Source: a virus | Lineage: Duplodnaviria > Caudoviricetes | Length of the DNA: 64,000 nucleotides | IMG/VR virus record: IMGVR_UViG_3300021255_004427 | Coordinates: 96,001-160,000 of that record | Direction: 5' to 3' (one strand) | Part shown: positions 1 through 11,068 of the stretch, piece after piece | Numbering within the stretch: position 1 is the stretch's first letter | How the letters are laid out: each line of letters starts with the position of its first letter | Notes under the pieces: generated by a model | Databases searched by the model: none | What the model saw: the letters and a program-made list of their open reading frames with translations, nothing else | What the model was told of the DNA's origin: nothing | Translations under genes and position numbers: made by a program

Positions 1-1
1 A

Positions 2-3000
2 GACATTCGTAAGCGCACAGACAAATCGATTGGCGGCGCGCTGGTAAAATCATATGCAAGAGAAGCAGACTATATTCAGGATGCGATAAATGACTATCGT
101 AAGATATTCTTCCTGTTAAACTACAAGGGACACGAAGATGAGTTTGCGGACTATCTTTATCTCGCAACTGTGGGTAAACAGGATGCAATTAATATAGTTG
201 GCTTCGAATGCAGAGTGACCAAAGACGACAACGAATTTTACGGCAACATGGACAAGATGGCCTTATATCGGGATGACTATCTTATGTTTCATGAAAAAGT
301 CCTGCCAGAGGGCGCTGAACAGAAAACCATCCAATACCAGATTGAAAGTGGCAGCGTCTACGAGGTAGAACTTCATAAAGAGCATATCTGGAATGCCTTT
401 GATGAATTTGCCTTATTTGCCGGATTAACACGGTATGGCAATGAAACAAACAAAGAGCTTGCCGAAAGAACCGTCCAGGTTTTCAAGGAGTTCCCAAATC
501 CGACCCGAACCGGTATTGGTAACGCCATACAGGATGCAATAACTCCTCACGATACCATTCTTGACGAAGATATCGATGTTTATAAAATCAGTGATGAAAA
601 GTTCGATCTTGGCCGTGAGGATCACAAAGCAATATACGAAGATTTGGTTCAGCTGAACAGAGATATCTTCCGAGCCAAAACATGGAATCGCGATACATGG
701 GAACATGGCTTTCAAAAGACGGATTATATCCCTCATGTATGGGATGCTCCGATGGAAGCCATCCAAAACGGTGTAGGGTATAACGATTCGCTGCGGACGG
801 ACTATATTAAACGATTAGGACAGAGCGAGACAACAGATATTGAAGTCAACGCCTATAAGAAAGACTTCGAAAAAATCCGCCAATATATTGGCCGCACAAA
901 TATAGAGGCGTCTATCCAGTTAACGTTAACTAAATATACTGATGTGGTTAATCCGAAAAATGTGGAATTCTGTATCAGGGCATATGACGTTCTCAAGATA
1001 CCTAACCCGAAAGATATTCATGTGCTTGGTACGAGAAAACAGAATGGCGAAAAACGCTACTATGTGGATGACCTTGCAACGGAAACGCATGGCGTAACCC
1101 GTATCGCAAATAATAGGCTGGAGAAGAATACTTCATACAAGCTTCGTTTTACACCAAAAGATACATTCTCAGGAATGAGTGTTGAAAAATGCAGACTGGC
1201 GTATGACGGCGGCGATAAGGACTTGCGTAGGGAATATTCTTATTACAAGTTGAAAGACGGCAGTATTGTAAATCAGAATGTTGCTGCACATATCACATCT
1301 ACATCACAAGTTACAACAAACCATAATATTGAAGATTGCAGTACAGGGGTCACTGTTGGCCACAGTGATACAAAAGGGTCGTTCGGAGTAGATGTTACCG
1401 GCATGGCCAAAGAAATGATTAACTATAGTGTAAGCTGCCGGCGTATTGATATCACGTCGTCAAGCTATGTAGAAGGGCGCAACGGATTTGAGTTATCCTC
1501 AGACGGTAAGTCACTTTTTAATAATCGCCCAGATTCTTTGGGACAGATTATTATTGGAGGTCAGGGCAGGGAACTTAGCTGCAACTCATACTCTTTTACA
1601 CTGGAAGCTTCTGCAATCCCTGCGCTCCAGGGGGCAATAACGGTTACGGAAATCGTTGATGGACAGATAACACAAATGACTTATCGTCAACCACAAGAAG
1701 TGGTTCGCGAATTTAAGAAGCGCTCGGAAGTCCAGGTTATTATCCAGAAATATGGTCAGAACCCTGTGAAAATCAAGAACATCGCTATGGCAAGCTATGA
1801 TGTTCACATCGGCATGTCTGATGGCACACCTTTGGTGGTGGCCGGGAAAAATACGCGATTGCCGGAAAATGTGGATGGAAAAATACTCACGGTAGAACTT
1901 ATTCCGCACACAGCGGCGTATCCTGTACTTGAATATCTACATATTGGCGGAAGCTTAAAGGGCGCCCGTTACGAAATCGATTTTGATACCAACGGGAAGA
2001 ATAATCCGGAGCTAGATATCGACACAGATTGTAACGTCACACTGTATAAAAAAGTGGGTGGCAGTAGTGTTTTAGTTGGAAGTGAAAATAGGTATACCAC
2101 AAAGGCTGTATTCAGAAATACCTCTTCCTCCTCGTTTGGGCAAATTGTTTTAGACTTGGGAAATTTTGCTTCTATATCCAGTGCAAGCCGAAAGATTAAT
2201 GACCAGTACAGTGGTACGAATAAGAAGTATATCGAGCTGGCTCCCGGCGAAGAAATTTTTGAGATGGACATTGCCGGCGAGGTAATCCGGCAAATTACCA
2301 ATAAGCCGTTAACAGAATACCTGTTTGGTGCAAATACGCAAAATAAAGAGGTATATGCTACCCGGGGGACAAGCGGGTACATTTTAGTAAAAGACGTTGC
2401 AAGTGGCCAGATAAAAAAAGTAACAATTCCGTATGCGGATTTGGATGGCCGTGCTGACACGTATCAGTTAACAGGATTGCCAAGAGAGCTATCCGCAGAA
2501 TTTGTGACATCCAATGGCGAGATCAGGGAAGTATCCAATTCCGGTAATGGTAGCGTATTTGACCATCTTGGTATTGCTTATAAACAAGCATCAGAATATG
2601 TTGCCTATAACACGGTTTCAATGATCAAAGAAAAACAGGCCGGTGTTGAAATGGTTAATACATTTACACCGGTTATGTCTTTGACGGAACTGCGATACTA
2701 TGTTATTGCCGCCACAAAAAACATTAGTGACAACATGGTGGTATTTGGTACATCAAAAGATAATTGGAGTCTGGGTGTTGATCCTAAAGGAATAGATGTC
2801 AGCACGACGCTGGAAACAAAGAATGCGGATTCTTGGATCATTAGTATTAACAATGTCAGCAACAGATATATTCTTGCAAATGAAGTGCCATTAGAGGAAA
2901 GATACTTCATTGAACAGGATGGGCTATATCACGACCTTCGCGAATATATGGTTACAACAGAACCCGGCTTAAAAATTAACTACGAGATTGAGCCAGGAAT

Positions 3001-4978
3001 CGAAGAAAATATAACCGTAAAGAGTAAGCTGGTAAATAAGCTAAGATACTCTAATATAAACGAAATTAAAATCTACCAAGGGACAGCAATAATTAGCAGC
3101 GGTTTTGAAGTGCTAAAAGATGAAGGACTTATTGTCTGGTCGGATGGGCGGTATTTGGGTGTACCTTTGAAGGTTGTTTATTCGATAAAAAGACCGTCCA
3201 CAGTATCTTATACCAGGGAGTATGAAGACAAGCTGTACAAACTGGTTAGTTTTTCGGCTGAAGCCTACAAGCTTATCGGGACAAAAGTTTATAAAAACTG
3301 TCCAGATGGCGCACAGTATACCCTTCGCTTCGAAGAAGAGCCCGATAAGATAATCACGTCCTGCACAAACGCTTCGTTTAATACATCTGTGCTGAACGGA
3401 GTATTGACGGCGGCCCGAGTAACAGATGAGGACAAGATAGCCGTACACAATGGTTACATTTATGACCAAGGGCGGGAATACTATTTCTTTAGCGACGTAT
3501 TCAATGACCGTGTTGATGTGTTCAGTAATATCGAAATGCATGATGTTACGCGTCTTAATGGGGAACTATTATTCCACATGCGCTCTACAAACTACCTGCC
3601 CTATTCTAGTATGAAAACGTCTGTTATGGCAGACCTCTGTTCTATTGACCTAACTAAGAGGCTCCCGCCGGGGATAAGCAAGGCTAATCATTTAACTGCA
3701 TGTGAGGGGTACAACCTTTGGCACACGGTTAATATGAAAATTGCTTTGGCGGAAAATGGGCTGAACGGCTATGCCTTGGCATTAAAATCTCTCGATAAAA
3801 CTGGGGGATATGCAGCATTAGATGTCACTTCTTTTTATGTCGAAGGGAATGCTATATCTCTTCAAGTTACCGGCGATTTACAGGCGGAGATTATCAAAGA
3901 AACACAACTGGACGGCCTCACAATGACCAAGTCTGTATTCCTTGAGAGAGAAAATGGGAAAACGTTGGTTATGGATGATGATATTGCGTATACCATCTGC
4001 GGGGAGCCAGAAAAGAATTGCCGATATTTTATAGTTCTTTCTGGCACAAACGGCGTCATTGACGATCTTGTATCTTTGCCATATGTGGATTTAAGGGCCA
4101 TGAAAGCTACGCACAAAAAGAATATAAGCAAACTGAACTTTAACATAACTGAGAAAATGCCAGAGAAGTATGAATACGACCTCGAATTTGATGTCGTAGG
4201 TGCTTCGTACAAAGACCTCAATATTCACAGTCAGACAAGGGAAATTGAAACCACGGCAGATGTAGAATATGGACTCACGCTTGTGGAATCCGTAGACCTT
4301 GAAAAGTGCATGATTTCAAGAATGCAGATAACAAAAGGTACGATTGTGGCTACACTTAATGAGGGGTACGCAAAGACGCCCATATTCTTTACACATACGA
4401 AATCTTCAGTGTACGCCTTGTATGTAAAAATCAATGATATCATTGAAGGCCGCTACAAAGGGTTTACTATAAAGCTCTATGGCTCTAATACGAGAAGCGG
4501 TGGATACACCCTGCTTGCAACAGAGGAGAATACAAACATTCTTTCAATTCCCCACAATCTCGTACGAAACTACTACTATGTGGAAGTTATTGCTGATAAA
4601 AATAAAGTAATTCATAGCATAGATGTTTACGCAAGATATGCTGAAACCGAAGACGGCGGAAAGCTTGCGCCAACGAGAATTGAAAAAGGCACGTTTATTA
4701 GCAAGATATATGACGTTGGAGAAACAGCAAATTATATCCTCCAGGATATTGACTATGTGACAAACAACCATGACGACGATATTGAGTTTTATGTCCGCGG
4801 CGTGCGTGAGGGGAAGAACAGTTTAGTATTTACCCCTTGGAGAAAATACGTGGCAAACGCAGATAAGTTAAAACAGATTCGCTATGATGGTTATTCTCTG
4901 TTCCAGTTTAAGATAAATGTCAATAGCCCCGCAGCAACCCTTAAGGTGAATAAATTTAGAATGGTGGTCGCATCGTAA
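2..4978 (+). CDS. Very large phage virion structural protein (tail/baseplate region); 5' end lies outside the window
   Basis: The track ORF starts at 170, but the frame is open from base 2 (DIRKRTDKSIGGALVKSY...). >1650 aa, beta-rich. Stop overlaps the next start (TAATG). Context is tail genes. Confidence 0.6.
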   Translation, partial: DIRKRTDKSIGGALVKSYAREADYIQDAINDYRKIFFLLNYKGHEDEFADYLYLATVGKQDAINIVGFECRVTKDDNEFYGNMDKMALYRDDYLMFHEKVLPEGAEQKTIQYQIESGSVYEVELHKEHIWNAFDEFALFAGLTRYGNETNKELAERTVQVFKEFPNPTRTGIGNAIQDAITPHDTILDEDIDVYKISDEKFDLGREDHKAIYEDLVQLNRDIFRAKTWNRDTWEHGFQKTDYIPHVWDAPMEAIQNGVGYNDSLRTDYIKRLGQSETTDIEVNAYKKDFEKIRQYIGRTNIEASIQLTLTKYTDVVNPKNVEFCIRAYDVLKIPNPKDIHVLGTRKQNGEKRYYVDDLATETHGVTRIANNRLEKNTSYKLRFTPKDTFSGMSVEKCRLAYDGGDKDLRREYSYYKLKDGSIVNQNVAAHITSTSQVTTNHNIEDCSTGVTVGHSDTKGSFGVDVTGMAKEMINYSVSCRRIDITSSSYVEGRNGFELSSDGKSLFNNRPDSLGQIIIGGQGRELSCNSYSFTLEASAIPALQGAITVTEIVDGQITQMTYRQPQEVVREFKKRSEVQVIIQKYGQNPVKIKNIAMASYDVHIGMSDGTPLVVAGKNTRLPENVDGKILTVELIPHTAAYPVLEYLHIGGSLKGARYEIDFDTNGKNNPELDIDTDCNVTLYKKVGGSSVLVGSENRYTTKAVFRNTSSSSFGQIVLDLGNFASISSASRKINDQYSGTNKKYIELAPGEEIFEMDIAGEVIRQITNKPLTEYLFGANTQNKEVYATRGTSGYILVKDVASGQIKKVTIPYADLDGRADTYQLTGLPRELSAEFVTSNGEIREVSNSGNGSVFDHLGIAYKQASEYVAYNTVSMIKEKQAGVEMVNTFTPVMSLTELRYYVIAATKNISDNMVVFGTSKDNWSLGVDPKGIDVSTTLETKNADSWIISINNVSNRYILANEVPLEERYFIEQDGLYHDLREYMVTTEPGLKINYEIEPGIEENITVKSKLVNKLRYSNINEIKIYQGTAIISSGFEVLKDEGLIVWSDGRYLGVPLKVVYSIKRPSTVSYTREYEDKLYKLVSFSAEAYKLIGTKVYKNCPDGAQYTLRFEEEPDKIITSCTNASFNTSVLNGVLTAARVTDEDKIAVHNGYIYDQGREYYFFSDVFNDRVDVFSNIEMHDVTRLNGELLFHMRSTNYLPYSSMKTSVMADLCSIDLTKRLPPGISKANHLTACEGYNLWHTVNMKIALAENGLNGYALALKSLDKTGGYAALDVTSFYVEGNAISLQVTGDLQAEIIKETQLDGLTMTKSVFLERENGKTLVMDDDIAYTICGEPEKNCRYFIVLSGTNGVIDDLVSLPYVDLRAMKATHKKNISKLNFNITEKMPEKYEYDLEFDVVGASYKDLNIHSQTREIETTADVEYGLTLVESVDLEKCMISRMQITKGTIVATLNEGYAKTPIFFTHTKSSVYALYVKINDIIEGRYKGFTIKLYGSNTRSGGYTLLATEENTNILSIPHNLVRNYYYVEVIADKNKVIHSIDVYARYAETEDGGKLAPTRIEKGTFISKIYDVGETANYILQDIDYVTNNHDDDIEFYVRGVREGKNSLVFTPWRKYVANADKLKQIRYDGYSLFQFKINVNSPAATLKVNKFRMVVAS

Positions 4979-6846
4979 TGCAGGAAATATTTCAAACAAA
5001 TGGCCGCATAGAAAGCATGGATGGAATGCACTTCTACGAGCAGGACATTGTTATGCTAAACTACATATATACCGGTGATGTGACAATCGAAGCGGAGATC
5101 GACTATGCTATGCCGGGATTTGGTTTTGTGTTTGCTTCGTACAGCATTGGTTTTACCAGTGCTGACGAGGCACGCAATGCCATATTGGTTAAAGTTGGCG
5201 GCTTAGATTTCTCCGTATATAAGAAGAGTCTTGGAACGCAAAGCCGGTTATACGATTCCAGTTGTCCTTTTTCTCCGGATAAGAAAACGCATAAACTGAA
5301 GTTCCAGAAAACTGGGACATATGTTTATTGCTACGAGGTTATCGGGGAAAAAGAACAGGAGCTTGGGCACTTTAATACAAAAACCGATATTGATAAGTTC
5401 TATATCGGCGTGTATTCCAATAAAGGTAACACAGTGACGCGGATGGACATTTATGATAACCGTCCGCAACATTGGTTCACCAATATACGAAATACTAATG
5501 GCGGTAGAATTTCTTTTGAACAGAATGCGTTCAAGGTTGAAAATGCCGAAAAGGATGCCGAAATCGACCAGGAACTTATCTTTTTAAAGCGAGGAAGATA
5601 TTTCCTTGACTACAAGGAAGAGCCTGTAAATGGTGATTTAGATAAACGCGTGTTTGTTTTTAATTCGGCTGAGCCGAGAATAAAGGCGCCGGAAAAGACA
5701 AAACTGAAATTTGACAAACTTAGGTATGGGGAAATCCCGTACTTTGACATGGATACGGATGGTTACGTAAACATTCTATGGCAAATTGCGTCGGGGAAAA
5801 TTTCTGATATTGCAATTAAAGATGACCATCGTCAGGATTTTGTGCCAACGGGAGACACCATAGAAGAGCGAGAAGGCAGCTATATTTTAGTTCGAATGAA
5901 AGGGTTGAAGAAAGTTGATTGGACAGGTGTTGTCGAAAAAATACCGGCATCTGCACTGACACAAAAGATACCATACAGTTTGTTCAGCTACGATGGCTCG
6001 ACTCTGAGTATAGATACTGCAGGAGTAAAGCTCAACAAGTCATACAATTATCTGTTTGAAAACATTGCGACAGATACATGGAAGCTTACAGTAACCGAAG
6101 ACTTTGGGAAAGAACCAAGAGTTGTTTATGCACATACCTATACTTCTAAAAATCAGACCGCTAGAATTTTCGACGCGGTTTCGGCGAAAATCACCGGCCT
6201 GACAATTGTAAAAGAAGATGGCGAAGAAATTGACATCATTAACCGGCGTTCCATCCGCAAAATTGTGCCTGCAGCAGTAAAAGGGCCGATTATTGTTACA
6301 GATAGCGACAATATTCCATTGGACTTGTCTGCTTCCTACAGGGTACTCCCTGATGAGCGGATTGTATTCACGAACTATGAACGGGAAGTCTTTGACGTTG
6401 AGGAATCCTTCTTGCTAAATAAGGTTGCCAGTGAAAACACGGACATCATTTTGTACGGTGTCTATGGCGACATAGATAAAAGCCAGATGTATCATATTCG
6501 GGATGAAGCGATGATTTCCGACATAAGTTACGCCGTGCAAAGATACGATATTATTAGTAGTGACTTGTTTAAGGTTCAAGATAGGCAGCTTATTGTCCCG
6601 GATAACAGCGTGCTGCAGCGCGGGTATAGCTCCTTCATTGTAGAGTATTTGAAGGAAGACAGTTATTGTATTAACACATCGGCTGATGGAACCGAGTATG
6701 TGGTAGATATTGTTACAAAGTCACCGGTTATCAATACGATGTATGACATGACTGAAGATGGCCGTGTCAGAACATATAAGATTGATGACACACTAAAACC
6801 TGGAGACAATAGTTATCTTGTATTGAGAAAGGATGAATTAAGCTGA
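4978..6846 (+). CDS. Putative virion structural protein (622 aa)
   Basis: Long ORF coupled to both neighbours; beta-strand-rich; no catalytic motif recognised. Confidence 0.55.
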   Translation: MQEIFQTNGRIESMDGMHFYEQDIVMLNYIYTGDVTIEAEIDYAMPGFGFVFASYSIGFTSADEARNAILVKVGGLDFSVYKKSLGTQSRLYDSSCPFSPDKKTHKLKFQKTGTYVYCYEVIGEKEQELGHFNTKTDIDKFYIGVYSNKGNTVTRMDIYDNRPQHWFTNIRNTNGGRISFEQNAFKVENAEKDAEIDQELIFLKRGRYFLDYKEEPVNGDLDKRVFVFNSAEPRIKAPEKTKLKFDKLRYGEIPYFDMDTDGYVNILWQIASGKISDIAIKDDHRQDFVPTGDTIEEREGSYILVRMKGLKKVDWTGVVEKIPASALTQKIPYSLFSYDGSTLSIDTAGVKLNKSYNYLFENIATDTWKLTVTEDFGKEPRVVYAHTYTSKNQTARIFDAVSAKITGLTIVKEDGEEIDIINRRSIRKIVPAAVKGPIIVTDSDNIPLDLSASYRVLPDERIVFTNYEREVFDVEESFLLNKVASENTDIILYGVYGDIDKSQMYHIRDEAMISDISYAVQRYDIISSDLFKVQDRQLIVPDNSVLQRGYSSFIVEYLKEDSYCINTSADGTEYVVDIVTKSPVINTMYDMTEDGRVRTYKIDDTLKPGDNSYLVLRKDELS

Positions 6847-8615
6847 AGATATACCCATCCCCGCATGTTGTGCGGGCTACAAAAAAACCGGGCTTTTTAG
6901 ACATCCCACTTTCTCATGTTGAAAAAGAATTTCATCCGGAAAGAATTATCACGGAAATATCCTCGGACTTTGCGGTAAGCAAAAGCGAGTATATAGCTCC
7001 GTACCAGTGGTTCACAACCAACAAGTTTATTGCGTTTAACGAAGATAAGCAGGTGGCAGAACTGCCGTTGCGATACAACAACCATAAGTATACCTACGAA
7101 CCGGCAGGATACAAAGAGTTTATGCCGGAAACATTCGATTTCTCCTTTATGGCAAAAAGAGATGATTCCTACTCCAGTATAGAAGACTATGACTTGAAAG
7201 TGGGTGTGTATGACCAGGTAGGCGCAAAGGATTTTGCATCGCAGTTAATGGCGATTTTTGGCGACGCTTCGTACAGAGGTGTGTCGCCGGCCAATGTAAA
7301 GGTCAATGGGCGGGATAAAAATCCGGAAAAGCTGCTCGTTAAAAATACAGAGAATCTCGACTGGCTCATTGTACAGACAAAGGATGCTGTAACCACAAAA
7401 GATGGAAGCGTTGCTGCTATAAACTATAGCGACCTTATGAAAACAGGTTGCAATATATGGGTTACGCTTTCCGATGAGGGAATGAGCGCGTTTATGAAAA
7501 AGAGCGAAGCCCCATATAAGCTAAAGGCAAAAGATATTGGTTTGAACGAACTGGGGGGAGAGAGAGAATATCTGTTTACCAGTAGTTATTCGTACCAAGC
7601 CAAGACAAATAATGATTATGATGGACTAGACGCAGGGCAACTCAAGATTATACTGGATGGGCGAATAAATTCCCCGATAATCATTCTTGAGAAAAATGCG
7701 CGAGGGTATATTGTTATTTCCCACGAAAGAATGTTCTCGGAAAAAGTGCTTAAATATCACGCCTCATTCATTTACAATATTTTGGTATCCGGCTACTTAA
7801 AGGGGTATGTGTTTACTCAGAATAAAGAGCTATGGATAACAAATGATGTAGTGGACTATATGGGGTCGGTAAAAACACCGCTCAGAAAAACACATCCCAG
7901 TGTCAATACGCAGGATATGATAAATGGACGGGCAAAAAAATTTAGCATAGCAGAGTATACTATCAGTAAACCGGACGTAATGCTCGAAATGATTGATACT
8001 AATGGCAACGTGCATTTTAACAAGATACTGACAACGGATCCGAAAAGACAGAACGGCGAGGTGTCGGTGTATACGACACAGGGCACAGTTATGTTCTATA
8101 AGCAGGATGAATATCTGCTAGTAGAAGATGAGGTACATTTCTTTTCCGAGATTGACGACGAAGAAAACTGTTATGTAACTATAGAGCCTTTTGTTTCGTC
8201 AAGCAACAGGTTGGTTGTAAGTCGGCCCAAGAAAATGAAGATTGAGTATCTTGATATTCAGTATGATGTTTATGCGCTCCCAATTGGTGTGGATGGCGAA
8301 TCAGAAGTTATGCTGATTGAGCACAGCAAGTGGAAAACAATGGGGGCGGCAGTAAAAATTGCCAGCATCCATGTGGAGTTTCAAGGGGAGCCGGCAGCCT
8401 ACGATATTCGGTTGTTGGGCGGCGGGTTACCATCAGAATATACAGACTACGAAATGATGGATATCGGCCACGTTAAAGGCAGGCCGTATCGTGTGGGTGT
8501 AGCAGCTGTAATAGAGCTCCCTAAAAAGTATCAGATTTATGACGAACGCATTAAGGAATCTGTAGACCGCTATAAAGTGGCTGCAGACCAAATGTACGTA
8601 ACCTATAAGGATTGA
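6843..8615 (+). CDS. Putative virion structural protein; probable CTG start at 6843 (track start is GTG 6870)
   Basis: SD-like AAAGGA about 9 nt before an in-frame CTG that overlaps the upstream stop (CTGA). C-terminal DIRLLGGGLP...DIG...GRPYR segment of the type seen in large-phage structural proteins. Confidence 0.55.
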   Translation: MKIYPSPHVVRATKKPGFLDIPLSHVEKEFHPERIITEISSDFAVSKSEYIAPYQWFTTNKFIAFNEDKQVAELPLRYNNHKYTYEPAGYKEFMPETFDFSFMAKRDDSYSSIEDYDLKVGVYDQVGAKDFASQLMAIFGDASYRGVSPANVKVNGRDKNPEKLLVKNTENLDWLIVQTKDAVTTKDGSVAAINYSDLMKTGCNIWVTLSDEGMSAFMKKSEAPYKLKAKDIGLNELGGEREYLFTSSYSYQAKTNNDYDGLDAGQLKIILDGRINSPIIILEKNARGYIVISHERMFSEKVLKYHASFIYNILVSGYLKGYVFTQNKELWITNDVVDYMGSVKTPLRKTHPSVNTQDMINGRAKKFSIAEYTISKPDVMLEMIDTNGNVHFNKILTTDPKRQNGEVSVYTTQGTVMFYKQDEYLLVEDEVHFFSEIDDEENCYVTIEPFVSSSNRLVVSRPKKMKIEYLDIQYDVYALPIGVDGESEVMLIEHSKWKTMGAAVKIASIHVEFQGEPAAYDIRLLGGGLPSEYTDYEMMDIGHVKGRPYRVGVAAVIELPKKYQIYDERIKESVDRYKVAADQMYVTYKD

Positions 8616-8625
8616 GGCATTTTGA

Positions 8626-10587
8626 ATGATAGAGAACAAACTAAAAGTTATTGACTTCTCTGCAGCCCTGCGGTCAGAACCTCTGAACTACAACTTTGAC
8701 ATTGTTAAAGGTTGGGTAGATCGGGAAAGGCTCAGGACTGGCGGATACGGGCTGGTTGAGGGTTTTGACATTTCCTATGCGGGAAATTACTTTGTGGATA
8801 TCAGCGAAGGTATTCTAATTGACCGTGTTGGCGAGGAAATTATCGTACCGGCTACGAGAATTCAGTTTGCTCCGCCAACATACGAGAAGATTATGGAGCG
8901 GGTACAGGTTTCCGACGATGGCGAAATCCTGCTGAAGTATTGTCCATATTCTCCGAGCGCGGAGGGGCTAATCTCCGTCAATGCATACCGGGCGACAAAC
9001 TATAAAACAGAAGAACTGGTTATTAGCGACCCTAGTGGTACATTAGGAAACCTGAAGCCGATTAACGTAGACGGTCGGAAGGTGGGCGTAACCACAAGAT
9101 CCGCAGGACTCATTGTTGAGGTGGAGTATTTTTACTGCAATGACCGTATCGATGCGATTATGATTAATGACCAAGCGCAGTACAGCACGGAGTTTGGCAT
9201 TAACGCGGAGTCGCCAAGTGTGGCGAATATTGATTTGGGACCACGCTTTTTAATCGCTTTTGCCCATTGGATTGTTGGTGAGACGATTGATGTAGAGTTT
9301 ATTGTTGACGAAAGAACGTATCGCAAGGTTTACGTCGACAAGCTGAACAGACTCTTCTTAAATGGCAAGCTTTATCAGGAACCCAAGTTTATCTATTTTG
9401 TTGAACCGGAATCCCCTGAAGAAAACGATGTTTGGTATGACTACAAGAGCAATACACTGAATATCTGGTCGCAGAACGGCGGTGTGTGGGGCTGGAGAAT
9501 TATGAATGACTTCACTAATGTGCCGCTGCGCAGCGTAAAAATGTGGACGGAGAAAGATTTCCCCAGCGATGCACAGACGTTTTTGTTTAAGGATGACGAA
9601 ACGAATTTCCGATATATCCCTAACACAAACGCTCTGGAAATCATAATCGACCAGCAAACCGTAATGAAAGACCAGTTTACGGAAGTGGTGCAGGCCGGGG
9701 CGAAGCCATACCTGTCCTCTGGTATCGGCTTCAAACTGATTGAGCCCCTGGATAGACCGACAGTCGTGCAGTGTATTGTTCATCATGTGGTGAAGAACGC
9801 GCCACTTAGAAATGTATTCCAGCGGGCGGCTATATTTACGACGGAGAATTTCTTCCCCTATAACGCGACGACAAATCCTCAAAAGATTTTCATCACAGAT
9901 TTGCCCTATGTAATTAAGGCAACGCAGCTTGAAGTATTTCTTGAAGGTAGGCGGCTTACCCGCGACGTTGATTTTGCTGAAATGGTGACTAACGAGAAAA
10001 ACGCCACGGATGCAGATAAGGATAAGACGACAAAATATTTCCGGATCATGTGCAATGTTGCGGATGGCCAGCGAATTTCATATAAGATTTCGCGTTATGT
10101 TTGGAGCTATGACCAACTTAACGAGATGATGGATGAAATTGAACAGAAGGCCGATAAGGCGCTAAAGAACACAGCAACCTTAAACGATAAGGTCGATACG
10201 ATGTCAAGTAACATTGGTACGGTATTAGATTCGCTTAAGGGGCGCTTGCAGCAAGCAGAAGAAAAGCTTGATACATTGAAGGATTATCGAAAGACTGCAG
10301 AAAAGATTAAGCTTGCAGATTTGGATAGCGATCTGCGCAAGAGTCTCGTAAAATCGCGCGCGCAGCTTGTATTCAATGCTTCTAACGTTGACAACATTAT
10401 AAATGATTGCAAGAAGGAAGACTACGTAAGTATAGTCTGTGTCAATAGCGAAGGAATAACACCTCTTAACGAGGACTCTGAATACAGCCTTACTTACAAC
10501 AACGGTAAGGCCACAATAGAACTGGAGTCTGAATGGATGTCTCCAGACAATACTTTGTATGTAAACATCATCCGTATAGGGCGATGA
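8626..10587 (+). CDS. Putative tail/baseplate-associated protein with C-terminal coiled coil
   Basis: 653 aa. P..P.ENDVWYD fibre-type motif; LEVFLEG repeat-like motif; heptad region near aa 500-560. Confidence 0.55.
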   Translation: MIENKLKVIDFSAALRSEPLNYNFDIVKGWVDRERLRTGGYGLVEGFDISYAGNYFVDISEGILIDRVGEEIIVPATRIQFAPPTYEKIMERVQVSDDGEILLKYCPYSPSAEGLISVNAYRATNYKTEELVISDPSGTLGNLKPINVDGRKVGVTTRSAGLIVEVEYFYCNDRIDAIMINDQAQYSTEFGINAESPSVANIDLGPRFLIAFAHWIVGETIDVEFIVDERTYRKVYVDKLNRLFLNGKLYQEPKFIYFVEPESPEENDVWYDYKSNTLNIWSQNGGVWGWRIMNDFTNVPLRSVKMWTEKDFPSDAQTFLFKDDETNFRYIPNTNALEIIIDQQTVMKDQFTEVVQAGAKPYLSSGIGFKLIEPLDRPTVVQCIVHHVVKNAPLRNVFQRAAIFTTENFFPYNATTNPQKIFITDLPYVIKATQLEVFLEGRRLTRDVDFAEMVTNEKNATDADKDKTTKYFRIMCNVADGQRISYKISRYVWSYDQLNEMMDEIEQKADKALKNTATLNDKVDTMSSNIGTVLDSLKGRLQQAEEKLDTLKDYRKTAEKIKLADLDSDLRKSLVKSRAQLVFNASNVDNIINDCKKEDYVSIVCVNSEGITPLNEDSEYSLTYNNGKATIELESEWMSPDNTLYVNIIRIGR

Positions 10588-10613
10588 CTGGTTTAGAGGG
10601 GTAATATTGGAAT

Positions 10614-11063
10614 ATGAAAAAACCTTCAATAACATGGTTTGTGCGGCGAGACCCAGAAGATAGTTATGAGGAAACAAGTGACTTCTATGCAGGGTCGTAC
10701 AACCAGGAAGATAGCCTGGAAATAGAGTTCATGGTTTGGAATAACCGATACGGTACAGAAAGAGTGTCTGACCTTAAAGACTTCGGCGTGACTGTTTCGT
10801 TTGATCACGAGGAAGACAGCACTCTGTTGAAATATTGTCAATTTTTATTAAATGGCGGATACTATCTTATCCCGGAAGTAAATGGCAATGAAGCGACGGT
10901 TCAGTTCCCGAAGGATATAGTGCTTAGTGGCGCTGTTAACAATGGGGAATTGGGTAGCACAGATAACTACCTGACGCTTAAGATGATATTAACCGTGCCG
11001 GCCAGCAAAAAGCTGAAAATGAATGATATTAAAGGCATGACGTTTAATGTAACAAACTTATAA
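10614..11063 (+). CDS. Hypothetical protein (149 aa), probably structural
   Basis: Fills the gap between long ORFs; preceded by GTAATA with no SD. Confidence 0.55.
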   Translation: MKKPSITWFVRRDPEDSYEETSDFYAGSYNQEDSLEIEFMVWNNRYGTERVSDLKDFGVTVSFDHEEDSTLLKYCQFLLNGGYYLIPEVNGNEATVQFPKDIVLSGAVNNGELGSTDNYLTLKMILTVPASKKLKMNDIKGMTFNVTNL

Positions 11064-11068
11064 AGGGG

